The notes under the pieces are model-generated. The model did no database searches. It was not told where the DNA came from and saw only the letters and a list, made by a program, of their open reading frames with translations. 14,885 nt of DNA. Source: Pseudomonadota bacterium. GTDB lineage: Bacteria > Bdellovibrionota > FAC87 > UBA2466. The position numbers and the translations under genes were made by a program. The stretch lies in NCBI GenBank assembly GCA_043718025.1, contig JAYSWN010000039.1, positions 1 to 14,885 on the forward strand, read 5' to 3'. This document shows positions 8,017-14,885 of the stretch, piece after piece. Each line of letters opens with the position of its first letter. Position 1 is the first letter of the stretch.

Positions 8017-9522
8017 ATGACTGATCGACTTACACAATCTTTTAATGTTCGCGCTCTGACCCTAATCGCCATTTGTGTGGTGAGCGGGCAGTTTGCCTTG
8101 CAAATGTCTTCGCCGGCGATCCCGATTCTCGTTTTCCTCGTGTTGGGAGCCGCAGTTTGCTTTCTGCTTCTTCCTACTTCCGCGCTTGTGCCGTTGTACT
8201 TTTTCTATTTACTCTTCGAAGGCGCGATCAAAATATTGTCGAACTATCATCCTGTGTTGCACATTGGTAGTGACCTTGTTTTTATCGCCGTCTTCTGGAG
8301 GCTGTACCAGAGAAAAAAAACGCAACCTAATATTGCTGCATTGAGTTCTCTACAGATAGCCGACCTGCGGACCGCGGTGGTCTTCTTTTGTCTCTATTGG
8401 ACTTGGGTAGTGGTGCAATTTGCTAATCCAGTGGCTCTGGGCTTTTTGCCCTCCATAGCTGGGTTAAAACTTCATCTAATCCCCTTCTTGTTTTTTTTCA
8501 TAGTTTGTTTCTATTTGTCGGCCGACGAAATTAAGATCATCCCCCCATTTTTGCTCGGTCTCGCTGCCTTCGAGGGATTGTTTTCCATTTTCGATTGGTA
8601 TCAGGGCGTTGGATTTTTGGCGAAAATCAGCCCGCGTTATTACTCAACTTACATGACTTTTTTGCCCGGTTATCCTTACCGACCATTCGGAACCACTGCG
8701 CTGCCCGGTGCGCCGGGGGTTTGGATTTCAGTTGGGATTATCGCTCTGTTTTTGGTTGTCTACTCATTCAAAAAAAATAAGGGTGATAAACTCGAGGCCG
8801 CAGAAAAACCAAACCCATGGTGGTTTCGCTTACAGGCCGGCGTTTGGCTATACATTCCCATTGCCATCCTGACTCTGATTGTCTGTCAGGTGCGAACGAC
8901 GTTAATTAAAGCCTTGTTAATGATTTGCTTTGCGATTGCAATTCAGGGACGGCGTCAGCTGACGCTGGTATGCTTGGGAATTTTGGCGGTTGTGTTTTGG
9001 AACCAAGTCAGCTCACCAGGTAATAATGTGAATTCCGTTTCAAAAAGAGCGAGCGCATCAGATCGGTTTGATTCAGCAATCAGCCGAATACTTACCTTGC
9101 GGTCAGCCGAGACTTACAAGAATGCTCGTGGCGGAAATTGGGCTATGAATGAGCTTGGTCGTCGATCGGAAGTCACCATGACTGGCATCGGCTTATCTCG
9201 TATGTCTGCTTCGGCGGGCCCCTGGTACGCGCTGATCGCTAAAGACTCTCGTTTCGGTCCGAGCTGGTCATTTAGCGACAATTTAGCCTTAGCCGTTTTT
9301 ACTGAACTGGGAGCATTCGGCTTTATCGCGTACTTCTCGCTTCATGCGGCGATGTTTTTTTTACTGTTACGTCGCCAAAACCTTAGTGCACGACTTATCG
9401 CTATATTCTTGGTCATCACCTTGGCTTCTGGTTACGCTTCTGAGGGCATGTATTATCAGCCGGAGGCCTCACTTTTTTGGACCTTTCTCGGGATCGGCAT
9501 TCGATCGGAGTCGGCCGCATGA
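8017..9522 (+). CDS. wzy: Wzy-like polysaccharide polymerase (O-antigen ligase/polymerase superfamily)
   Basis: 501 aa with more than 10 hydrophobic segments. RPFGTTALPG loop, QVRT, a large polar loop followed by GIGL...DNLALAVFTELGAFG (Wzy_C-like pattern). Coupled by ATGA to a co-polymerase gene. Confidence 0.75.
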   Translation: MTDRLTQSFNVRALTLIAICVVSGQFALQMSSPAIPILVFLVLGAAVCFLLLPTSALVPLYFFYLLFEGAIKILSNYHPVLHIGSDLVFIAVFWRLYQRKKTQPNIAALSSLQIADLRTAVVFFCLYWTWVVVQFANPVALGFLPSIAGLKLHLIPFLFFFIVCFYLSADEIKIIPPFLLGLAAFEGLFSIFDWYQGVGFLAKISPRYYSTYMTFLPGYPYRPFGTTALPGAPGVWISVGIIALFLVVYSFKKNKGDKLEAAEKPNPWWFRLQAGVWLYIPIAILTLIVCQVRTTLIKALLMICFAIAIQGRRQLTLVCLGILAVVFWNQVSSPGNNVNSVSKRASASDRFDSAISRILTLRSAETYKNARGGNWAMNELGRRSEVTMTGIGLSRMSASAGPWYALIAKDSRFGPSWSFSDNLALAVFTELGAFGFIAYFSLHAAMFFLLLRRQNLSARLIAIFLVITLASGYASEGMYYQPEASLFWTFLGIGIRSESAA

Positions 9523-11582
9523 TTTTTTTATCTGCTCAGCGAATAGTCACTTTATTGAGAGTGCACTGGCGCTTGCTTGTTCTTTGCGCCTGTCTAAGCT
9601 CTTTTGCCTCTTTCATGTTTGGATCTCTTACCCCGTATCTCTTTCGTTCCGAAGCCATGTTGATGCTTCCGGTTCCGAAGACTATTGATCCAATGGCAAG
9701 CTTGGATAATACGGACGTGCTGCGGGTGGCGAATCTCTTCAAAAGTCCCAAGGTTCTTGCTCCCGTTGCGGAAGCACAATTGAAGCGGTATGGCGCGAAG
9801 GCAAATTTTCTCATTCTTAACTCTTGGTCTTGGTTTGATTTTACCCAGCGTTGGAATATTTTTAAGTCAAAAATGATCTATTCCTCTAAGGAGAACAGTG
9901 AGGCTCCGGATTTAGGGAATTACTCGGTCGACACGTTTGTTAGTCTGATCGCCAAGGAGATTGTGGCCGAAGCAGACCCTAGCATGAGAACGATTCGCGT
10001 AGTCTACGATGCCGGGGTACCGGAGTACGCGCAGGCCACCACTCAGCTCCTAATCGACGAGTTTATTCGGGTCCTGGCCGAAATGGAACAGCAAGAGCTA
10101 CAGCGGCAAGAAAAATACCTCCTGGGCGCAATCGATCAGCAACTTCAGTCCATTCGCGAAACCGAGGAGAGCATGCGTCTTATCGTTGAGAAACACCCCG
10201 AGCTAAGCGTTGCCGGGGGAACTGGCGGTGGGGCGGGTACTTTGGCGCAAAAGTTTTTGGAAAGACAGGAAGTTCTAAAGAAACTCGAGGGTGAATTTGA
10301 TGCCAATCGCAAATTTCTAGATTCGATTCAAGGCGACCTCTCTCAGATGTCTCAGAATCGCGGCGTGGCCAGCAAGGTAAGCCCTGAACTTTCGACAAAA
10401 TTGGCGGAAGAGATTGGCGAACTAGAATTTAAAAAGATGCAGTATCTGCAAGTTTCCGGATACGAGGAGGATCATCCCGAGATCCAAAAGATCGTTTTGC
10501 GGATTCAAACCCTAAAGAACTTGTTGGGTAGTAGCAATGGCGCCGGGAATGGGCAAGGCACCTACAAATCTCTCTTCCAGAAACGGGCTCAGATTAACGA
10601 GCGCAACAAATCGTTGGATGTCGAAAAAGAGACCGTTAGCGGCGAGATGCATCGTGAACAGAATAAATTTCGTGAGCTGGTAAAGCGCAATTTTGACCTT
10701 GATTCTTTAATGAGAAATCTCAACGTAAATGTGACCATCACTGGAGAATTGTACCGTGAACTTCAGAAAGCACGGTTAAATATGGCCGGGGCGCAGGGAA
10801 AAGCCAGCGTATTGATGGCGCCTTCACTTTCGGTGCACGCCAGCAACATCTCGGTAAAGAAGCGTACCTTTTTTGGATTCGTCATTGGCATTGGCATCGC
10901 CATCTCTCTGCTTCTATTATTTGACCTTTTTTCCCCCATTCTTTTGCATGAAGATGACTTTGTCTGTTTTGGTGAAAAAGTATTTGGCCCTTTCCGTGGC
11001 ACCGAACGTGGAAAGCATCAACTTTTTTCCTGGTTTTCGGCAATGCGAATGGAAAAGGCAAAGCGCAATGGAGGGATCTCGGTTCGGCTAACCGTAGGTC
11101 TATTAGGGCAAAGCGACCACCGGCGTGCCTGGGAACCTTTTATTCATAGCTCGCTTCGCGAAATGACCGCAAAGGGTGAGAAAATTGGGATTGTGGTAGT
11201 GCGCGATCCCGAAGGATGGGAAGAGCGTTTTGATTGGGGATTGAGCGAAAGCGCCGTGGAAGAATTGATTATTGACGATGTTCCCAACACACTCGGGAGC
11301 AAAGTGGCTGAGATGCAAAAGCGGTTTGAGTACGTATTCGTTATCATGAACGAGAACCGCTCGGGCATTCCGGTAGAGACTTATCTTGAAGAACACACCG
11401 ATCTTACGCTGATTGTTTCGCAGCTGGGGATCAGCTCCTTAAAGACGGTACGAAAGCTCTCGTTGATGATGCCCGACGTTCTAAAAAAGGGGCATCTCGT
11501 GCTTGCGCCTTACCACGTGGCAAATCGCAACCCGTTTTCAAAACTCATTTCAGATAGATTGTTCCCAAAAAAGGCGGCCTAG
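9519..11582 (+). CDS. wzc: Wzc/GumC-like polysaccharide co-polymerase with a degenerate C-terminal BY-kinase-like domain
   Basis: ATG 9519 overlaps the wzy stop. N-terminal LLRVHWRLLVL-TM-TPYLFRSEAML (Wzz-like), long coiled-coil region with YEEDHPEI (Y..dHP motif), LYREL, second TM (FFGFVIGIGIAISLLLLF), then a cytoplasmic alpha/beta domain of about 215 aa. Confidence 0.85.
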   Translation: MIFLSAQRIVTLLRVHWRLLVLCACLSSFASFMFGSLTPYLFRSEAMLMLPVPKTIDPMASLDNTDVLRVANLFKSPKVLAPVAEAQLKRYGAKANFLILNSWSWFDFTQRWNIFKSKMIYSSKENSEAPDLGNYSVDTFVSLIAKEIVAEADPSMRTIRVVYDAGVPEYAQATTQLLIDEFIRVLAEMEQQELQRQEKYLLGAIDQQLQSIRETEESMRLIVEKHPELSVAGGTGGGAGTLAQKFLERQEVLKKLEGEFDANRKFLDSIQGDLSQMSQNRGVASKVSPELSTKLAEEIGELEFKKMQYLQVSGYEEDHPEIQKIVLRIQTLKNLLGSSNGAGNGQGTYKSLFQKRAQINERNKSLDVEKETVSGEMHREQNKFRELVKRNFDLDSLMRNLNVNVTITGELYRELQKARLNMAGAQGKASVLMAPSLSVHASNISVKKRTFFGFVIGIGIAISLLLLFDLFSPILLHEDDFVCFGEKVFGPFRGTERGKHQLFSWFSAMRMEKAKRNGGISVRLTVGLLGQSDHRRAWEPFIHSSLREMTAKGEKIGIVVVRDPEGWEERFDWGLSESAVEELIIDDVPNTLGSKVAEMQKRFEYVFVIMNENRSGIPVETYLEEHTDLTLIVSQLGISSLKTVRKLSLMMPDVLKKGHLVLAPYHVANRNPFSKLISDRLFPKKAA

Positions 11583-11595
11583 TAATAAGTGTGGA

Positions 11596-12849
11596 TCACC
11601 GCTGAATTCTGCGCGGGGCAACCGGATGTTCAGCTACGATTTTCGTAGTCATTTCGGCGGTCTTGAAAGTTGGAGCGCGATGGCGATTGTGGCTCGCGCC
11701 AATTTTTACGACTTGGGCGCTGCTCGTCAGGGCAGAGTAGACGTCAAAGATCTGGTCGACGCAGGTGCTGAGTTCGTAGTTTTTCGTTACACGCGAAAGA
11801 GCGTTGGCGGAAAAGGCGGCGCGCATATTCGGGTTCTCATGAATCTTGATCGCGGCTGCGGCAATGGCCGTAGCGCTGCCCACCGGGACCGTAAATCCTG
11901 ATTCGCCGTTAACGCTAACTTCAGCAACGCCGCTTCCTTCAATACTACAATTAATAACGGGTAGGCCTGCGGCCATGGCCTCAATTTGGATGATTCCAAA
12001 AGCCTCTGCACGGTTTATGGACGGTAGCCAAAGCGCGGTGGCCGCCATGAAATAGGGCAATAGATCAGCTTGGAAACCTAAAAAGTGGACGCGATCGGAA
12101 ATGCCGTGTCTTTCGCAAAGGCGGCGCAATCGATCTCGTTCTGGTCCGTCGCCTAAAATGAGGAGTTGGCCAGGGGCCTCCTTCATTGCTTGAATGGCAA
12201 ATTGAATTCCTTTGTATGGAACTAGACGAGAGCAGGTTATCCACAGGGGAGAGCCATAGTGCTTTCGGATCTCCTCACTCTGTTGAATTTGCATCGGCGT
12301 CGGATTTCCGATTTTTTCCGTGGGAATGCCTAGCGGTACGACGGTGACTCTATCTTTAAAGCGGCGCAGGAGGGGGGAACTGTTGCGGTAGGATTCACTC
12401 GTGGCGAGAATACGGTCCACCGAGGAATAGAAATAGTTTTCGATTGGGCTAAAGAAGAGGCCACGCAACGGCTGGTTCACGTGATCGCTCTGGTAGGTGA
12501 CTACTACCGGAATGCGCGGGAGGCGATTGGTAAATTGTGCAATCGCGTAGGACAAGATCATCGATGGATTGGGAACTTGCAGATGAAAAATGTCGGCGTT
12601 CGAGTCAACGATCGCTTTCGTGAGTTCCGCAACGTAGGCCAGTCTTGCAAAGTTGTAATTGACCCTAAAGCGAAAAATTTTCACGCCACCATCCATAAAA
12701 ATTTCGGTGGGTTGGCCGACCTGATGATTGAAACAAAAAACCTGAACTTGATGGCCGGCTTTGGCTTGGGCGAGTGCCATGGTGCGCAGATGCGTCTCGA
12801 TGCCGCCGGCCGCAGGGTGATAGTATTTTCCTAGATGGGTGATTTTCAG
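11596..12849 (-). CDS. Glycosyltransferase family 4; probable CTG start at 12849 (ORF track uses ATG 12780)
   Basis: Motifs SRLVPYKG, LGDGPER, LPSINRAEAFGIIQIEAMAAGLPVI, NGESGFTV. The in-frame upstream extension (L/M)KITHLGKYYHPAAGGIETHL is the typical GT4 first strand plus GG loop, with SD GAGG 5 nt before the CTG. Confidence 0.92.
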   Translation of the reverse strand: MKITHLGKYYHPAAGGIETHLRTMALAQAKAGHQVQVFCFNHQVGQPTEIFMDGGVKIFRFRVNYNFARLAYVAELTKAIVDSNADIFHLQVPNPSMILSYAIAQFTNRLPRIPVVVTYQSDHVNQPLRGLFFSPIENYFYSSVDRILATSESYRNSSPLLRRFKDRVTVVPLGIPTEKIGNPTPMQIQQSEEIRKHYGSPLWITCSRLVPYKGIQFAIQAMKEAPGQLLILGDGPERDRLRRLCERHGISDRVHFLGFQADLLPYFMAATALWLPSINRAEAFGIIQIEAMAAGLPVINCSIEGSGVAEVSVNGESGFTVPVGSATAIAAAAIKIHENPNMRAAFSANALSRVTKNYELSTCVDQIFDVYSALTSSAQVVKIGASHNRHRAPTFKTAEMTTKIVAEHPVAPRRIQR

Positions 12850-12864
12850 ACAGACCTCTCGTCG

Positions 12865-13407
12865 TTAGTGTGAGCGGAGAATGAGAAAGAGCGAAAGGCT
12901 TGCCGTGATGGTTCCTAGAATGCTTCCGTAAACGGAAAGGAATCTTAAAAAATTATCGGTTTTAGGGGGAGAATTAAAGTGAATGATGTCGCCGTTTTGT
13001 AAGGGAAACGAGCGGTAGTCGGGGCGATCAATCATTTCTCGGCCTTCAATTGTCAGTAGCGACGGTTTGTCTTTTCTCACTGGGCTTGCCTCTTGAGTGG
13101 CCGTCAAGGAAATGACGGTTTTGTCGAACGAGCCGGAGGGGCCCCCGGTTAGGCCCATCAGATCCATCATTGTGGCATTGTCGGGTAAATAAAAAATTCC
13201 GGTGATAGGAGAATCCCCCCATACCTGTACTTTAATTAAGAATCTATTTTCTCGGTTGGAAGAATAGTGCTCGCGAAGGGAAGAGCGGATGGCGCTTGAG
13301 GAAAACGACTCTTCCTGAGCCTTGGCCACCGGCGACATGACGAGCAAAAAACAGATTAGCTGCATAAAACTACGCACGAAAAAAGAGGTTTCAGTATTTG
13401 TTTTCAT
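12865..13407 (-). CDS. Small secreted SLBB (beta-grasp) protein with a C-terminal hydrophobic helix; truncated Wza/OPX- or GfcC-like export protein (start ATG 13407 or 13365)
   Basis: Signal peptide LICFLLVMSPVAKA|QE. SLBB pattern IKVQVWGDSPITGIFYLPDNATMMDLMGLTGG...LQNGDIIHF. C-terminal NFLRFLSVYGSILGTITASLSLFLIL. The GTG at 13452 is disfavoured because it lies in a -10-like element. Confidence 0.78.
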   Translation of the reverse strand: MKTNTETSFFVRSFMQLICFLLVMSPVAKAQEESFSSSAIRSSLREHYSSNRENRFLIKVQVWGDSPITGIFYLPDNATMMDLMGLTGGPSGSFDKTVISLTATQEASPVRKDKPSLLTIEGREMIDRPDYRSFPLQNGDIIHFNSPPKTDNFLRFLSVYGSILGTITASLSLFLILRSH

Positions 13408-13442
13408 GGTGGTTTTGAATTTGGGGTAACGGCTATGTGTAA

Positions 13443-13451
13443 ATTCTATCA
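13443..13451 (-). promoter_or_regulatory. Candidate extended -10 promoter for the SLBB-GT4 operon
   Basis: Minus strand reads TG-A-TAGAAT, about 35 nt upstream of ATG 13407. Confidence 0.5.
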
Positions 13452-13480
13452 CGAGTGCCTGGTTCGGATAACCCGACCTC

Positions 13481-13489
13481 TGATATAAT
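13481..13489 (+). promoter_or_regulatory. Candidate extended -10 sigma70 promoter for the CDS at 13540
   Basis: Perfect TG-A-TATAAT, 50 nt upstream of ATG 13540. No clear -35. Confidence 0.6.
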
Positions 13490-13539
13490 TTGAAGTATTC
13501 GGCTTTTACCCGTAGCCCCTTCTTTCAGAAATACCACCT

Positions 13540-14885
13540 ATGCGAAATTCATCCTTTTTACTTTTATTCTTTTTCTTAACGACTCAGGCTTTCGGCATCA
13601 CCTTTTTTGAAAGAAATTCGCTGTCACTTCAAAGCATTTCCGACATACCAGTTCCGGTGCCGCCGCCTAGTGATTCGGTGCCCCAGCAAGACGCTGGCCT
13701 AAATTCAGCTCCGGGTGTGAATGATGGTTATCAAGGCACTCCCGAAACACCCGGTCGTACCGGTGAAATTGGTGGGGGAAACGGGGGCGAGGGCAACGAG
13801 CCGGGACGTGGCGACGCGGCTGGTCAAGAGGGAGCCCGTGAACAAGAAATTAGAACTCGTCAGGGCGAATCCAAAGAGCGCGAAACCCGCGAAGGTGAGT
13901 CAAAAGAGCGCGAAACCCGCGAAGGCGAATCCAAAGAGCGCGAAACCCGCGAAGGCGAATCCAAGGAGCGCGAAACCCGCGAAGGCGAATCCAAGGAGCG
14001 CGAAACTCGCGATAAGAACGATAGGATAAAGGATAGAAACGATCGCGAAGAACGCGATGGCGAAAAGAATAAGCAAAAAAATGATGCAAAACCGAAGAAG
14101 GGCGTAAAACCGGATGGCGCAAAGCCGTCTAAGGACAATGGCGACGGGCGGTTTTTCGAACGCAGCGGTTCTAATTCCGATTATAGGGAAGTTGCCCGTC
14201 TGGCCGAAGGCCCCTCCGGCTCGGTGTCCGACATGCCCAATAAAATTAATCGCCCGCGCACGCACGAGGCCCCTTTGCCCTACTGGCCAATTGCGGCGAC
14301 CACCATCGGTACCCCGAGTGCGCACGGTGCCGACTGGACCGACGTGTTCGCCGGCATCGGCGTGCAAAATCGGGCCCGTTACGGAACGTTGGCCAATAGC
14401 ACCGCCATTGTCGGTTTAGGGTTTGGCGATGCGCGAAAAAATGTGGGCCTTGAAATGGGTATTTCAAGTTTCGGCCTGATTCGCCACGGCCTACCCTTCA
14501 CCACCGGCGGCGTCAGTTTGAAGTTGCACCACTATTTTCAGGATTGGGCTCTGGGCGTCGCCGCCGGTTATGAAAATGCCATTTACTGGGGATCGCCCGA
14601 TAGCGGACAGAGTTTTTTCATGGTGTTTTCGAAGTACATTCAGCTGGGCCAGGGCTCAAAGCACGAACCCTTTCGTACGCTATTTATTCACTTCGGGTTG
14701 GGCGATGGCCGTTTCCGTAACGAGGGGAGTGTGATGGCCGGCCGCAACTCGATTAGTCCCTTTGTTTCGATGGCCCTGCGGGTCGCCGACCCTATCAATA
14801 TGATTGCCAACTGGACCGGTTCGGATCTGTCTTTGGGCATTTCTACAACCCCGTTTCGTTCCACCCCCATCGGTGTGGGCATCTC
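13540..14885 (+). CDS. Secreted protein: signal peptide, long disordered repeat region and probable outer-membrane beta-barrel (3' truncated by the window)
   Basis: Manual translation is open for 448 codons to the edge. MRNSSFLLLFFFLTTQAFG signal peptide; P/G-rich then highly charged linker; from about 14290 TPSAHGADWTDVFAGIGVQNRARY..AIVGLGFGDARKNVGLEMG..GGVSLKLHHYF..LGVAAGYEN..LFIHFGLGDGRFR..MIANWTGSDLSLGISTTPF (alternating Gly/aromatic amphipathic strands). Variation among the repeat copies is synonymous in this frame. Confidence 0.88.
   Translation, partial: MRNSSFLLLFFFLTTQAFGITFFERNSLSLQSISDIPVPVPPPSDSVPQQDAGLNSAPGVNDGYQGTPETPGRTGEIGGGNGGEGNEPGRGDAAGQEGAREQEIRTRQGESKERETREGESKERETREGESKERETREGESKERETREGESKERETRDKNDRIKDRNDREERDGEKNKQKNDAKPKKGVKPDGAKPSKDNGDGRFFERSGSNSDYREVARLAEGPSGSVSDMPNKINRPRTHEAPLPYWPIAATTIGTPSAHGADWTDVFAGIGVQNRARYGTLANSTAIVGLGFGDARKNVGLEMGISSFGLIRHGLPFTTGGVSLKLHHYFQDWALGVAAGYENAIYWGSPDSGQSFFMVFSKYIQLGQGSKHEPFRTLFIHFGLGDGRFRNEGSVMAGRNSISPFVSMALRVADPINMIANWTGSDLSLGISTTPFRSTPIGVGI
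13861..14010 (+). repeat. Coding tandem repeat, 5 x 30 bp, encoding (E/Q)GESKERETR
   Basis: Units start at 13861, 13891, 13921, 13951 and 13981; consensus GAAGGCGAATCCAARGAGCGCGAAACCCGC; no spacers. A degenerate unit EGAREQEIRTR precedes them. Confidence 0.97.

Noticed and set aside
7690..8498. A8/T8 homopolymers (7690-7697, 8313-8320, 8491-8498) as phase-variation tracts
   Set aside because: Short A/T runs explained by Phe/Lys codons; frames are intact and no long G/C tract is present.
1011..12834. Numerous 60-170 aa alternative-frame or antisense ORFs inside recJ, the GTs, wzy and wzc
   Set aside because: They are nested in well-supported genes and show no recognisable motifs.
2836..13539. 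ops/JUMPstart (RfaH) element ahead of the polysaccharide operons
   Set aside because: No GGCGGTAG was seen in the intergenic regions; near-matches occur only within a coding sequence (about 6036 and 6131).
13861..14010. 30-bp repeats as a CRISPR array
   Set aside because: Units are head-to-tail with no spacers, length is a multiple of 3, variation is synonymous within a CDS, and no cas genes are present.
13721..14882. ORF-track ORFs 13721..14029 (+, AKPAK histone-like look), 13850..14122, 13860..14138, 13900..14367, 14114..14419, 14246..14467 and 14688..14882
   Set aside because: Shadow frames of the long CDS from 13540. Repeat variants are non-synonymous in the AKPAK frame (ANP/VSQ, K/R) but synonymous in the long frame.

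Overview
Bacterial chromosomal window, roughly 50% GC by eye. Taxonomy cannot be fixed from sequence alone; the gene content is compatible with a Gram-negative deltaproteobacterial or Bdellovibrionota-like organism. The left end is housekeeping: the 5' part of tuf with a single upstream tRNA-Thr(GGT) on the minus strand, then on the plus strand a small unknown membrane-anchored ORF, an MTH1187/YkoF-type thiamine-binding-family protein and recJ. From about 2.9 kb to the end lies a Wzy-dependent surface-polysaccharide (EPS/capsule) locus in alternating orientation. It holds three GT4 glycosyltransferase genes (one a tandem double-GT4 fusion, one probably starting at CTG), a sugar-1-phosphate nucleotidyltransferase, an NDP-sugar dehydratase/epimerase, a Wzy-like polymerase, a Wzc-like co-polymerase whose kinase domain appears dead, and a miniature SLBB-only export protein. 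Divergent from the last is a large secreted protein missing from the ORF track (open to the window end), with a long disordered region carrying 5x30-bp repeats followed by a probable outer-membrane beta-barrel. Best leads: a non-canonical export module (mini-OPX, beta-barrel, pseudokinase Wzc), four pathway proteins ending in Ala-Ala (possible ClpXP degrons), and the CTG start. No mobile element or CRISPR array was seen.
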